A stretch of DNA of 64,000 nt from contig BPHE01000009.1 of assembly GCA_026003395.1 (NCBI GenBank), positions 5,528-69,527 on the forward strand, given 5' to 3'. Both the position numbers and the translations under genes were made by a program. Shown piece after piece: positions 10,929 to 21,307 of this stretch. Positions within the stretch are counted from its first letter, which is position 1, and every line of letters starts with the position of its first letter. This DNA comes from Vicingaceae bacterium (GTDB lineage: Bacteria > Bacteroidota > Bacteroidia > Flavobacteriales_E > Vicingaceae). Under the pieces are notes generated by a model, which saw only the letters and a list, made by a program, of their open reading frames with translations, was not told where the DNA came from and did no database searches.

Positions 10929-11864
10929 TCAACGGTTGAGTTTTTCTTTTGCTTCAATACTTAATGTAGCATGTGGCACCAATCTCAATCTTTCTTTTGG
11001 TATCAGTTTGCCGGTCACTCTGCATATCCCGTATGTTTTATTCTCAATTCTGACGAGGGCGGCTTCCAGGTTTTTGATAAATTTTTCTTGTCTTGCGGCA
11101 AGTTGTGCTATTTCTTCCCTGGTCATGGTTTCGGATCCGTCTTCCATCAATTTGAAGGTTGCATGCGTGTCATCGGTGCCATGATCGCTTGAATGGGTCA
11201 AGGCATCTTTTAATTCCTTGTAGTTTTGACGGGCTTCTTCGAGTTTTTTTAATATAATCTCCTTAAACTCAGCCAGTTCTTCGTCGGAGTATCTGACACG
11301 GTTGTCTTCAAAAGCTTTCACCGGTTTTCGAATTTCTTCTTTGGGAGGAGACCATTTGGGTTGCGGTATTTTCTTTTCTTCGAATAAAGGTCTTACTTTT
11401 CCCTTGATCATTGTGGGGTTGGGTTTGCGTGGGACATAGTCGTCATCATCATCGTCATCGTCAACTGCAAGGTCATCACCAACAAGAATAGACGGGTCAA
11501 TATCGACATTTACTTCATCGCTATCTTCTTCATCTTCATCATCAACAGGATCGGGCTCAAGATCATCTATCAATTCTTCATCTTCTTCTTCCAATTTGGC
11601 TTTTTTGGTTTTAGGTTTCTTTTTTGTTTCCTTTTCTTGGGATTTAGCTTCTTTCTTAGTTGGTGTTTTGCCGGACTTTTTTTTGTCTGCCGTTACTTTT
11701 TGAGTGTTTTTGGCAGCAGTTTTTTTATTTTCCTTTTCTTCAGCTTTTTCTTTTTTATTCTTTTTTGCAGCCGACTTTTTCTCTTCCTTTCTGCCGGTTT
11801 TGGAAGAGGCAGTTTTTTTTGGTTTTTCTTTTTGGCTTTTGGAGTTAGTTGCTTTTTTCGCCAT
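10929..11864 (-). CDS. TraR/DksA family transcription factor with long Lys-rich and acidic N-terminal extension
   Basis: C-terminal RYSDEELAEFK...ALVRIENKTYGICRVTGKLIPKERLRLVPHATLSIEAK (Bacteroidota DksA-like); ileS-dksA-lspA order. Confidence 0.88.
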   Translation of the reverse strand: MAKKATNSKSQKEKPKKTASSKTGRKEEKKSAAKKNKKEKAEEKENKKTAAKNTQKVTADKKKSGKTPTKKEAKSQEKETKKKPKTKKAKLEEEDEELIDDLEPDPVDDEDEEDSDEVNVDIDPSILVGDDLAVDDDDDDDDYVPRKPNPTMIKGKVRPLFEEKKIPQPKWSPPKEEIRKPVKAFEDNRVRYSDEELAEFKEIILKKLEEARQNYKELKDALTHSSDHGTDDTHATFKLMEDGSETMTREEIAQLAARQEKFIKNLEAALVRIENKTYGICRVTGKLIPKERLRLVPHATLSIEAKEKLNR

Positions 11865-14800
11865 GGTATTTAGATTTAAATAGTTTCACATGTATTTGAA
11901 ATTCTTCAAGGTCTACGATGTTTGATAAATTTTGTTGCATTTTGCCTGTAAATATAATATCTTCTGCCAAAGTTTCCGAACAAATATAATCTTTATGCAA
12001 TTCTACCACTTTTTCAATTATATCATTTTTTTCAATTTCAATTATGATTTTATCGGTAACTTCAAAACCGAGTTCTTTTCTGAGGTTTTGTATACGGTTG
12101 ATAAATTCTCTGGCCAATCCTTCATATTTGAGTTGATCGGTGATACGTATATCGAGGGCAACGGTGATGCCTTTGTCATGGGCAACCAACCAGCCGGGTA
12201 TATCTTGAGGAATGATTTCAAGTTCGTCGGTTGTAAGCGTGATATTTTGTCCTTCTATGACCAAATCGATTTTTTGGTTTTTCTCGAGTGAATTTATTTC
12301 TTCCTGAGTGAGATCTAAGAGTTTTTGGGTTACCGATTTCATAAGAGGCCCAAGTATGGGACCAAGTTTTTTGAAGTCGGGTTTCACTTTTTTAACAATA
12401 ATGCTTTGATTGGCATCAAGATATTCAATTTCTTTTACATTGACTTCACTTAAGATAATGTGTTCTACTTCTTTGATCATCTCTTTTTGTGCACTATTCA
12501 ATACCGGTATCATCATTTTTTGCAGTGGCTGACGCACACGAATATTTTGTTTTTTACGCAAACTGAGAACAAGTCCTGAAATGATTTGTGCCAGATCCAT
12601 TTTTTCTTCAAGATGCAAATCTATCATTAAATCGTCGGAATTGGGAAAATCGGTTAAATGGACGGAAGGAGGATAGTTGCCCTTGATGTTTTGGGTGAGA
12701 TTACGGTAGATAAAATCGCTAAAGAATGGAGCAAAAGGGGATGAAAGTTGAGCCAGAGTAACAAGACAAGTGTGAAGTGTTTGGTATGCCGAAATTTTAT
12801 CTTGATTGTATTCTCCTTTCCAGAAACGTCGGCGGCTCAAACGGACATACCAATTGCTCAAGTGGTCTACAACAAATGTTTCGATCGAACGTGCTGCTCG
12901 TGTGGGTTCATAGTCGTCGAGATTTTCTTTGACGTTTTTGATAAGAGAATTGAGTTTTGAAAGAATCCAACGGTCTAATTCCGGGCGTTCTTTGACGGGT
13001 ACTTGTGCTTCTTCGGCACGATAGTGATCTATATTGGCATATAGGGCAAAAAAGGAATATGTGTTGAAAAACGCCCTGAAAAATTTACGTTGGGTTTCGA
13101 CAATGCCATCCGGATCAAACTTAAGGTTTTCCCAAGGTTGGGCATTGGTAATCATATACCAGCGTGTTGCATCTGGGCCAAATTTTTTGAGTGTTTCGAA
13201 AGGATCGATGGCATTTCCCAATCGCTTGCTCATTTTTTGGCCATGTTTGTCGAGGACGAGCCCGTTGGATACTACCGTTTTATAAGCCACCGAATCAAAA
13301 CACGCAGTAGCAATCACATGCAGTGTATAAAACCAGCCACGAGTTTGGTCCACACCTTCGGCAATAAAATCAGCCGGCATGATTTCTTCCAAATTGACCT
13401 TTTTGTTAAAAGGCCAATGCCACTGTGCGTAAGGCATTGCTCCGGAATCAAACCAAACGTCAATCAAATCGGTTTCTCGGTACATCGGTAAGCCATTGGA
13501 TGATACCAATATAATCTCATCCACAAAAGGCCGGTGAATGTCGAATTTATGATAGTTCTCGTCAGACAGGTCATTTTCATTGAAAGAGGCAAGCGGATTG
13601 GATTTCATTATGCCTGCTGCCACTGATTTTTCACATTCTTTTTTTAGTTCTGCGAAAGATCCGATACATTTTGTTTCTCCGTCTTCACTTTTCCAAACAG
13701 GCAAGGGAATACCCCAAAATCTCGAACGCGAAAGATTCCAATCGTTGGCATTTTCGAGCCAGTTGCCGAAACGGCCGATTCCGGTACTTTCGGGTTTCCA
13801 ATATATTGTTTTGTTGAGTTCAACCAAACGGTCTTTGATAGCCGTAACTTTTATAAACCATGAATCCAAAGGATAATAAATCACGGGCTTATCGGTACGC
13901 CAGCAATGCGGATAGTTGTGTTCGTATTTTTCTTTTTTCAGCAGTTTGCCTTCCATTTGCAGTTTTATAACTATTCTATCATCTACCGAAAGATAATCGA
14001 GTTTGGACGTATCGCTGATAATCGATTTCAATTGTTCTCTTTGTTTTTCGATGGCTGCTTTGCGTTCTTCCGGAGTAAGATAGGCCTCTTTGACCGGTTC
14101 TCCGGCAAGCCCAAAAACCGGGTCATTGACTTCGGGGCGGAACCTTCCGCGAAGATCGACCAAAGGTACAGGTCGGTCATTTTCGTCTAAAACAAGCATG
14201 GGAGGAACACCGGCTTCTCTGGCAACTTTCATGTCGTCGGCACCAAAAGTTGGTGCTATGTGTACGATTCCGGTTCCTTCGTCGGTGGTGACAAAATCTC
14301 CGGGTATAATCCTGAAGGCCTTATCGGCATCTTTGTAGGGCAAAACATATGGAAGCAATTGGTGGTAGCGTAGTTGATTCTCGACCAGTAGTTTGCCTTT
14401 AAATACAGCCAAAATACGGTAAGGTACTTTTTTATCTCCGGGTTTATAATCTTCCCATGGCAAAGCTTCTTGTTCAGGTTTGAAATACCGAGATAGAATG
14501 TCTTTCCCTAGTACAATAAGCTGAGGTTGCGAAGTATATGGGTTAAATGTCTTTACCAACACATATTCAATGTCAGGGTTTACTGCCAGTGCCGTGTTGG
14601 AAGGTAAGGTCCAGGGGGTTGTTGTCCAAGCAGCAATATAGACAGGAAGTTCAGAAGAAACAGACAATGCTTGTTTAAGCTTTTCTTCTGATTCAGCGGT
14701 AAGTTGAAAAAGGGCAGTGGCCGACAAGTCCTTTACATTTCTGTAGCATCCCGGTTGGTTGAGTTCGTGAGAGCTGAGACCGGTACCTGCTGCAGGAGAG

Positions 14801-15345
14801 TAGGGTTGAATGGTATATCCCTTATACAATAGGTTTTTTTCATAGAGCATTTTGAGTAGATGCCAAACCGATTCGATGTATTTATTTTCGTAGGTAATGT
14901 ATGGATTTTTCATATCTACCCAGTAGCCCATCTTTTCGGTCAAATCGTTCCAATGGGCTGTGTATTTCATAACAGCTTTGCGGCATGCTTCGTTGTATTC
15001 TTTGATGCTTATTTTTTTGCCAATGTCTTCTTTGGTGATGCCAAGCTCTTTTTCCACACCAAGTTCCACAGGCAAACCATGAGTGTCCCAACCCGCTTTT
15101 CTTTCAACATAATAGCCCTGCAGAGTTTTATACCGGCAAAAAATATCTTTGATGGTTCTGGCCATAACGTGGTGAATACCGGGCATTCCGTTGGCTGATG
15201 GCGGACCTTCGTAGAAAATAAACTTTTGTTTGCCCTTGCGGTTTTCTACACTTTTCTCAAATATTTTATTTTTTTGCCAGAAATCCAGTATCTTTTCGGC
15301 AAAGGCGGGTAAATCAAGTTGGTTGTATTCTTCAAAAATTTTCAT
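11845..15345 (-). CDS. ileS: Isoleucine--tRNA ligase, type 2 (archaeal/eukaryote-like)
   Basis: EGPPSANGMPGIHH, GWDTHGLP, WTTTPWTLP, KMSKR, and C-terminal AREFINRIQNLRK typical of IleRS2. Confidence 0.97.
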   Translation of the reverse strand: MKIFEEYNQLDLPAFAEKILDFWQKNKIFEKSVENRKGKQKFIFYEGPPSANGMPGIHHVMARTIKDIFCRYKTLQGYYVERKAGWDTHGLPVELGVEKELGITKEDIGKKISIKEYNEACRKAVMKYTAHWNDLTEKMGYWVDMKNPYITYENKYIESVWHLLKMLYEKNLLYKGYTIQPYSPAAGTGLSSHELNQPGCYRNVKDLSATALFQLTAESEEKLKQALSVSSELPVYIAAWTTTPWTLPSNTALAVNPDIEYVLVKTFNPYTSQPQLIVLGKDILSRYFKPEQEALPWEDYKPGDKKVPYRILAVFKGKLLVENQLRYHQLLPYVLPYKDADKAFRIIPGDFVTTDEGTGIVHIAPTFGADDMKVAREAGVPPMLVLDENDRPVPLVDLRGRFRPEVNDPVFGLAGEPVKEAYLTPEERKAAIEKQREQLKSIISDTSKLDYLSVDDRIVIKLQMEGKLLKKEKYEHNYPHCWRTDKPVIYYPLDSWFIKVTAIKDRLVELNKTIYWKPESTGIGRFGNWLENANDWNLSRSRFWGIPLPVWKSEDGETKCIGSFAELKKECEKSVAAGIMKSNPLASFNENDLSDENYHKFDIHRPFVDEIILVSSNGLPMYRETDLIDVWFDSGAMPYAQWHWPFNKKVNLEEIMPADFIAEGVDQTRGWFYTLHVIATACFDSVAYKTVVSNGLVLDKHGQKMSKRLGNAIDPFETLKKFGPDATRWYMITNAQPWENLKFDPDGIVETQRKFFRAFFNTYSFFALYANIDHYRAEEAQVPVKERPELDRWILSKLNSLIKNVKENLDDYEPTRAARSIETFVVDHLSNWYVRLSRRRFWKGEYNQDKISAYQTLHTCLVTLAQLSSPFAPFFSDFIYRNLTQNIKGNYPPSVHLTDFPNSDDLMIDLHLEEKMDLAQIISGLVLSLRKKQNIRVRQPLQKMMIPVLNSAQKEMIKEVEHIILSEVNVKEIEYLDANQSIIVKKVKPDFKKLGPILGPLMKSVTQKLLDLTQEEINSLEKNQKIDLVIEGQNITLTTDELEIIPQDIPGWLVAHDKGITVALDIRITDQLKYEGLAREFINRIQNLRKELGFEVTDKIIIEIEKNDIIEKVVELHKDYICSETLAEDIIFTGKMQQNLSNIVDLEEFQIHVKLFKSKYHGEKSN

Positions 15346-15364
15346 CTGTCTTTTTTTAGACCGG

Positions 15365-15372
15365 CAAAGGTA
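15365..15372 (-). promoter_or_regulatory. Bacteroidota housekeeping -7 promoter element for ileS
   Basis: Minus strand TACCTTTG matches TAnnTTTG, about 20 nt upstream of the ileS start. Confidence 0.65.
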
Positions 15373-15452
15373 ATTTAAAAAATTTATCTCGTCCTAATTT
15401 TTAAAATGATTTGATTAAGTGAAAGTTATCATTTACAAAAGTTTTTGTGGTG

Positions 15453-18400
15453 TTAAGGGGTTATTTCTTTTTTTTCAACGTCTTTCCAAATATAAGCAAA
15501 TTTGGGGTCAATGACTATCTTGTCGGGTTTTTTGGGGCATATTAATTTGATAGAAGCGTGATTGTTTTGAATCATGATGGTTGATGAAGCTAAGGGTTCA
15601 CCATACATTTTTCCCTTTTTTTTCTCATAAGCGGTTATGGTGACCGGACCGGTTGCAACAAGACGTTCGGATTTTCCCAAGTCGGTGTTTTTGATGTTTT
15701 CTGTTAAAGAAATGTTTGTCAGATAAGAACTCTTGAAAAATTCTATGTTTAAATTAATTTCCCAGGTAGAATCAGCCTGGGGTTTGGCTTCTTTACTTTT
15801 GACGTCAAGGTCCCAAATGATAATTTTTTCGAGATGTTCTTGCACAAAAGGTTTGAGGGAATCGGGGCAAAGGTCATACAATCGTTTGGAGAACTCAAGA
15901 GAAGTGGGGTATGGTGGTTCTTGATAAGCAAATTTCTTGATTAATTGTTGCAATACATTGAACATTATTGCAGAACCTGTTTGATGTTGAATGGCATTGA
16001 GAGCCACGGCTGCTTTGTCATAATAAACATACGATTGTTGGTCTGTGGTCAATAAAGTCGGTTCTCTTTTGGTTTCATAAGCGCGTGAAGTGATATAATT
16101 ACGATTGGACCGACGCAAAAATTTCAGCAACATATCTTCACCAAATACTTTGGCAATGACATTGGAAGCCGAGAATTCGGCAAGTGATTCGGAAAGGAAA
16201 GGGGCTCCTTGCATTTTTGCTCCTACTACCTGGTGAGCCCACCATTGGTGAGCCATTTCGTGAGCAACCACATGAAAAATTCTATTGATGTCTTCTTGAT
16301 TGTCTTTGTAGTTTGATGTAAAACCGATACTTTCTGAATAGGGCATAGTGCCCGGAAATGCCTGTGCGAATGAAGAAAATTGTGGGAATTCAATGATACG
16401 GGCTTCATTGTGATAATATTTTCCGAGATGGTTGACGTAATAAGAGATGGAAGCTTTCAGGGCATCCATCATTTGAGGAACATTCCATTCATGGCCGGGG
16501 TGGTAGTAAATGGCCAGTTCAATATCATTTAAACGCTCTTTTTTAACAGCATACCTTGCGGACATTACATTAAAGAAGAACAAAGACGGTTGGTCAAGGC
16601 GGTATTCAAAATATGCCCGGTTTTTTGTGGTCCATCTTTTCACAAGCTTGCCGGGCGCAATGGCCATTTGGTCAGCGTAAGTGGAGATGACAAAATGCAT
16701 TTTGGCCCAGTCCGATTGTGTAACATAATTCCACATGCATTTTTGGGTGCAGTTTGTTTCCAAGGGAGGTAAATAAAATTGCTTTATTGACAATCCTTGT
16801 TTTTTTCTTTCGGTATTTTCTGCAATTTCATAACTTTCGTCATAACCAAAAGCCGGAGTAAACATACTGTAGTTTAAGAATGTGCCGTTTGGCATCAGGT
16901 ATGGATTAGAAAGTTCGTTTTCGATGCTCTCATAGATTTCTTTATAGCTATATTCAAACAACATACTGTCTCCTGGCATAAGTGGTTGTTTTAAACGGTA
17001 AATTTCAAATGAAACCAATTTTGAAGTGTCTTTGTGTATTAATGTTAAATTGTTGTTGATGATTTCAAACGGATGTTTCACAGGATTATTGATATACAAC
17101 TCCTCGATAGGTTCATTGAATTTATTTTTGAGATATAGCTTTGCTTTGACGAAATATTTTCTTTCTTTCCCAAACAGGTCAATGGCATAATCGGCATATA
17201 CAATTTTGGGCTGGGGTTTATCTTTATATTTTTGATAGTTTTTTTCATAAAAGGCACGCCAATATATTTCATCATCATAAGAAAGAAAACGATTTCTGAT
17301 ATTAACATGATAATGTAAAAATCCTGCATATCCGGTTACAATAATCAATGCGGTGGTGGGGAAAAGTTTGTATTGAGCAAAATGGTTCTTGATTATAAAA
17401 AGTTTGTCAAGGAAGGATATGTTTTTGTAACCTTCAAATATGACGATAGTGACATAAAATACAAAAGCATAAATCAGCATCCAATAAAACCAAAATGAAA
17501 TATATTGTGTCAAATAAGGACCATAGCCATAAAAATCGGAATAAATGATGTCCGGAAAAGTGGGTAAGATGCCGGCCATATTGGATTTGATGTGCAGGGA
17601 AGCTTTCAATACTGGTTGAAACGTAAGAATTAAAATCACTATTCCCATGGAAATGAACTTTTGCCCGGTCAATGCATGTAAGAAAAAAGACAAAATGATT
17701 AACGCAATGAAATCGGTGAATTTAAAAAAGAAAATTTCCGTAAAATATATTGAAAATTCAATAGGAGCTTCTCCTTTGAAAGTTTGATACAGGATACCGA
17801 ACAATAAAAAGAAAATACCGCAGAATATATAAAGCAACATCAATGAAAACAATTTGCCGGTAAGGATAACCGCAGGAGACACCGGCAAAGAATATTTGAT
17901 TTCGGAAAAGAAACTTGTTTTTTCACGCCAAAAGATTTCGGCCGACAAGTAGATAAAAAACAATTTTAAAATGAAAAAAACAAAGAAAATTATTTTCAGC
18001 GTGTAATAAGTTGTGGCATATCTTGGGGCTTCATCATCCTGAATCATTCCGATGAAATACATAAGATACATCAGAAAAATAATTCCGGTCATGAATATCA
18101 AAACATTGCTGCGCAGCATGTATTTTAGACCCAAAGAGGCCTCATTGGCCACTGCAGATAACATCCATGAAAATCCTCCGGTTATTTTTGAAAATCGAAT
18201 GGATTTATATTGAACTTGAATAAAAGACCGTATGGTTTTGCCGGAATCATTGCTGTCTGCTGTTTTTTTCGGAAGATTCCATCTGATTCTCTGTTTATAT
18301 ACGGCCATAAAAAATAAACCAATGCCCAATCCGCACCAAACAATCCTGTTAATTATAAATCTGGCGGTAGGCACGATCAAATAATGATTCATTTCATAAG

Positions 18401-19079
18401 CGGTCTGTTTATTCAGCAGTTCAAATAATGGAATCAATCCAAATGGGTCGGCAATGTCAATGAAAGAATGATCAATTAAATTATCGGACAACTGCAAAAA
18501 TGAAAAATAAAATGCCAGCATTCCGACGGCAATCAAGATGGAGTATTTGATATTTTTCAAAAAAGAGCCAAAGAAAAATAATATGCAACCGATGGCGATC
18601 AAGCTGGGCAAGACAATGATGGTCATACACCACAAATGATGGGTGAGATTAAAAGGGAGTAAAGAATCTTCGGAAGTCCAAGGAACCAAATGGGCCAAAA
18701 TATCTGCCAAGGGAATCGAGGCAAAAATCATTATGACCGGTAGGAATGCTCCCAAAAACCTTCCGCTAAAAAGCACAAATTTTGATACAGGATAGGTATA
18801 GATGATTTCATGAAACTTATATTCGTAGTCACGGGCCAGTGAAAATGCAATAAATTCATTTAAAATCAAAGGCAGGAATAATGAGATAAGAATGTAGAGG
18901 TTTGTCAATGAATAAGGGGCATTTTTGTATACAACTTCTGTTACATTGCCAATTCGAATGGTTTCTATGCTGAAAATCAACAATGCAAAGAGCATGATAA
19001 CAGAAAAATAAACATATACAGATGGTTTTTTAAACCAATACTTCCATTCGAAAGGTAATATGGAAACAATTTGTTTCAT
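15453..19079 (-). CDS. ABC-2-type permease fused to a C-terminal M1 family aminopeptidase domain
   Basis: About 590 aa of multi-TM sequence, then AQAFPG, HEMAHQWW, FLSESLAE (HExxH...E) and VYYDKAA. Confidence 0.9.
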   Translation of the reverse strand: MKQIVSILPFEWKYWFKKPSVYVYFSVIMLFALLIFSIETIRIGNVTEVVYKNAPYSLTNLYILISLFLPLILNEFIAFSLARDYEYKFHEIIYTYPVSKFVLFSGRFLGAFLPVIMIFASIPLADILAHLVPWTSEDSLLPFNLTHHLWCMTIIVLPSLIAIGCILFFFGSFLKNIKYSILIAVGMLAFYFSFLQLSDNLIDHSFIDIADPFGLIPLFELLNKQTAYEMNHYLIVPTARFIINRIVWCGLGIGLFFMAVYKQRIRWNLPKKTADSNDSGKTIRSFIQVQYKSIRFSKITGGFSWMLSAVANEASLGLKYMLRSNVLIFMTGIIFLMYLMYFIGMIQDDEAPRYATTYYTLKIIFFVFFILKLFFIYLSAEIFWREKTSFFSEIKYSLPVSPAVILTGKLFSLMLLYIFCGIFFLLFGILYQTFKGEAPIEFSIYFTEIFFFKFTDFIALIILSFFLHALTGQKFISMGIVILILTFQPVLKASLHIKSNMAGILPTFPDIIYSDFYGYGPYLTQYISFWFYWMLIYAFVFYVTIVIFEGYKNISFLDKLFIIKNHFAQYKLFPTTALIIVTGYAGFLHYHVNIRNRFLSYDDEIYWRAFYEKNYQKYKDKPQPKIVYADYAIDLFGKERKYFVKAKLYLKNKFNEPIEELYINNPVKHPFEIINNNLTLIHKDTSKLVSFEIYRLKQPLMPGDSMLFEYSYKEIYESIENELSNPYLMPNGTFLNYSMFTPAFGYDESYEIAENTERKKQGLSIKQFYLPPLETNCTQKCMWNYVTQSDWAKMHFVISTYADQMAIAPGKLVKRWTTKNRAYFEYRLDQPSLFFFNVMSARYAVKKERLNDIELAIYYHPGHEWNVPQMMDALKASISYYVNHLGKYYHNEARIIEFPQFSSFAQAFPGTMPYSESIGFTSNYKDNQEDINRIFHVVAHEMAHQWWAHQVVGAKMQGAPFLSESLAEFSASNVIAKVFGEDMLLKFLRRSNRNYITSRAYETKREPTLLTTDQQSYVYYDKAAVALNAIQHQTGSAIMFNVLQQLIKKFAYQEPPYPTSLEFSKRLYDLCPDSLKPFVQEHLEKIIIWDLDVKSKEAKPQADSTWEINLNIEFFKSSYLTNISLTENIKNTDLGKSERLVATGPVTITAYEKKKGKMYGEPLASSTIMIQNNHASIKLICPKKPDKIVIDPKFAYIWKDVEKKEITP

Positions 19080-19085
19080 CGTATT

Positions 19086-19952
19086 TTATTCATTTACATT
19101 ACACATATAGAAAAAAACATCTTCCAAATCGGGCTGTTTCGGCTTAAAATCTTTGCCGGGAAAATCTTCGGAAAAAATACTGATAAAATGTTGCCCGTAT
19201 TTTAGCTTATAAGACAGTATGTTGTATTGTTCAGACAAAGATTGAATTTCCGAACTTTCCACTTGTTTTTCGTAAACTTTGTTTTCTATTAACTTTAAGG
19301 CATCTGCCGGAGAACCTTCAAATTTTACCCGGCCTTTGTGCAAAACTGCCATTTTGTTGCATAAATCCGAAATATCCTGGACGATATGGGTCGAAAATAA
19401 AACTATCCTTTCTTTAGCCACATCAGCCAGAATGTTTTGAAAACGGTTTCTTTCGGTTGGGTCTAAGCCGGCAGTAGGTTCGTCAACAATCAATATTTTT
19501 GGGTCGCCCATTAATGCTTGTGCAATGCCAAACCGTTGACGCATACCTCCGGAAAAATCATACACATATCTGTTGCGATGTTCATACAAATTTACCATAT
19601 GCAACAACTGCCCGGCGATTTCCCTTCTTTTGTTTACAATTCCTTTCAAAACGGCAATGTGTGTAAGGAGTTCGATAGCAGTAGTTTTAGGATAAACACC
19701 AAATTCTTGTGGTAGATATCCGAGAATCGATTTGATTTTCCATGGTTTGTCGGTAACATTCTCGTCGTTCAAATATATTTCACCGCTGTCCGGGGCAATA
19801 AGTGTGCTTAAAATCCTCATCAATGTAGATTTTCCGGCACCATTGGGACCTAAAAGTCCAAACATTCCCGTGGTGAGTGTCAGCGAAACATTGTCTAATG
19901 CTTTTAAATTGTTTTGATAAGTTTTGCTGATTTGTTTAATTTCCAATTTCAT
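19086..19952 (-). CDS. ABC transporter ATP-binding protein
   Basis: GPNGAGKST, FSGGMRQR, IVDEPTAGLD, STH motifs. Confidence 0.96.
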   Translation of the reverse strand: MKLEIKQISKTYQNNLKALDNVSLTLTTGMFGLLGPNGAGKSTLMRILSTLIAPDSGEIYLNDENVTDKPWKIKSILGYLPQEFGVYPKTTAIELLTHIAVLKGIVNKRREIAGQLLHMVNLYEHRNRYVYDFSGGMRQRFGIAQALMGDPKILIVDEPTAGLDPTERNRFQNILADVAKERIVLFSTHIVQDISDLCNKMAVLHKGRVKFEGSPADALKLIENKVYEKQVESSEIQSLSEQYNILSYKLKYGQHFISIFSEDFPGKDFKPKQPDLEDVFFYMCNVNE

Positions 19953-20156
19953 GGGAAAAATTTTTATATTCTATAACATATTTATTTTAAATAGGATACA
20001 TGCCCACATGTAGGGCGCGAAAATAAAAAAAAACAGTTTAAAAACCATGTTTTATGGTTAAATCATAAAAAAAACTTAGATTATGCATTTTTAACAATAC
20101 ATTGGCAGGCAATTCGGATAAATCTAAAATAAATTTTAATAATTTTCGCCCTCAAT

Positions 20157-21218
20157 ATGACAACAGAAGCAACTGATTTCAGGAAAATATTTTCGGGGAA
20201 AAGGATTTTTTTGGCTGTTTTTATCGGTTTGTTGGCATCATCTTATCTTGCGTATGATGGGCTAAGCAAAACTGACTGGAATGGCTATGATTGGTCGGGA
20301 ATGTCGCTATGGTCGTTATTGGTGGCGATATTGTTGATGATATTGCGTGATCTTGCCTATATGCTTAGAATAAGAGTCCTGACAGACGGAAAATTGTCCT
20401 GGAGACAGGCATTTGATGTGGTGATGTTATGGGAATTTGCCTCGTCGCTCACACCCAGCGTGGTGGGAGGATCGGGTTTTGCCATTTTTATCTTAAATCA
20501 GGAAAAAATTCCACTTGGAAAAAGCACGGCAATTGTCATGGTTACTGCTTTTTTGGACGAATTGTTTTATGTCATCATGGTGCCTTTGGTGTTGATTTTC
20601 ACCGGCACGCAAGAGCTTTTCCCTCTTAGTTTGCAAAAACAAATCTTAGGAGTGGAATTTGGCAGCAAGCAATTGTTTTATGTTGGTTATGCGTTTATTT
20701 TGATATTGATAGGTGTGATTTTTTATGGTTTGTTTATTCGTCCGAAAGTCGTAAAATATTGGTTGGTCAAAATTTTTTCATTCAGGTTGCTCAGAAAATG
20801 GAGATATAAAGCACTCGAAACAGCCAATAATTTAATTATTACATCCATAGTATTGAAAGGAAAAAATTTTGGTTTCTGGTTGAAGGCGTTTTTTTATACC
20901 ATTCTTTCATGGTCGGCACGTTTCTGGGTTGTAAACTTTATATTACAGGCCTTCAATCCTTCGTTAAACATAGCCGATCATCTGTTGATTTATGCACGCC
21001 AATTGGTGATGTGGGTCATTTTGTTGATAAGTCCAACTCCCGGCGGAGCCGGAGTTGCCGAGATTTCTTTTTCGGGATTTCTGGAACAATTTACTCCTGA
21101 TGGTTTTGCTGCACTTCAAGCCACTTTATGGAGGGTTTTGAGCTATTATCCGTATATATTGATAGGAAGTATTTTGTTGCCCATCTGGTTAAGACGGGTG
21201 TTGGAACGTAAAAAATAA
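20157..21218 (+). CDS. Lysylphosphatidylglycerol synthase TM / flippase-like membrane protein
   Basis: Multi-TM; TPSVVGG and SPTPGGAGVAE...LWR motifs of the LPG_synthase_TM family. Confidence 0.85.
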   Translation: MTTEATDFRKIFSGKRIFLAVFIGLLASSYLAYDGLSKTDWNGYDWSGMSLWSLLVAILLMILRDLAYMLRIRVLTDGKLSWRQAFDVVMLWEFASSLTPSVVGGSGFAIFILNQEKIPLGKSTAIVMVTAFLDELFYVIMVPLVLIFTGTQELFPLSLQKQILGVEFGSKQLFYVGYAFILILIGVIFYGLFIRPKVVKYWLVKIFSFRLLRKWRYKALETANNLIITSIVLKGKNFGFWLKAFFYTILSWSARFWVVNFILQAFNPSLNIADHLLIYARQLVMWVILLISPTPGGAGVAEISFSGFLEQFTPDGFAALQATLWRVLSYYPYILIGSILLPIWLRRVLERKK

Positions 21219-21244
21219 AAGCCCTTGAAATCAAGGGCTTTTAT
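21217..21244. terminator. Bidirectional intrinsic terminator
   Basis: AAAAGCCCTTGA-aa-TCAAGGGCTTTT between convergent genes; duplicated at 26228-26255. Confidence 0.8.
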
Positions 21245-21307
21245 TGTCTTGAGTTTTTTGAAATTTTCAAAAAATCAATATAAGCATGTGTTCGTTTGAG
21301 ACAATTT

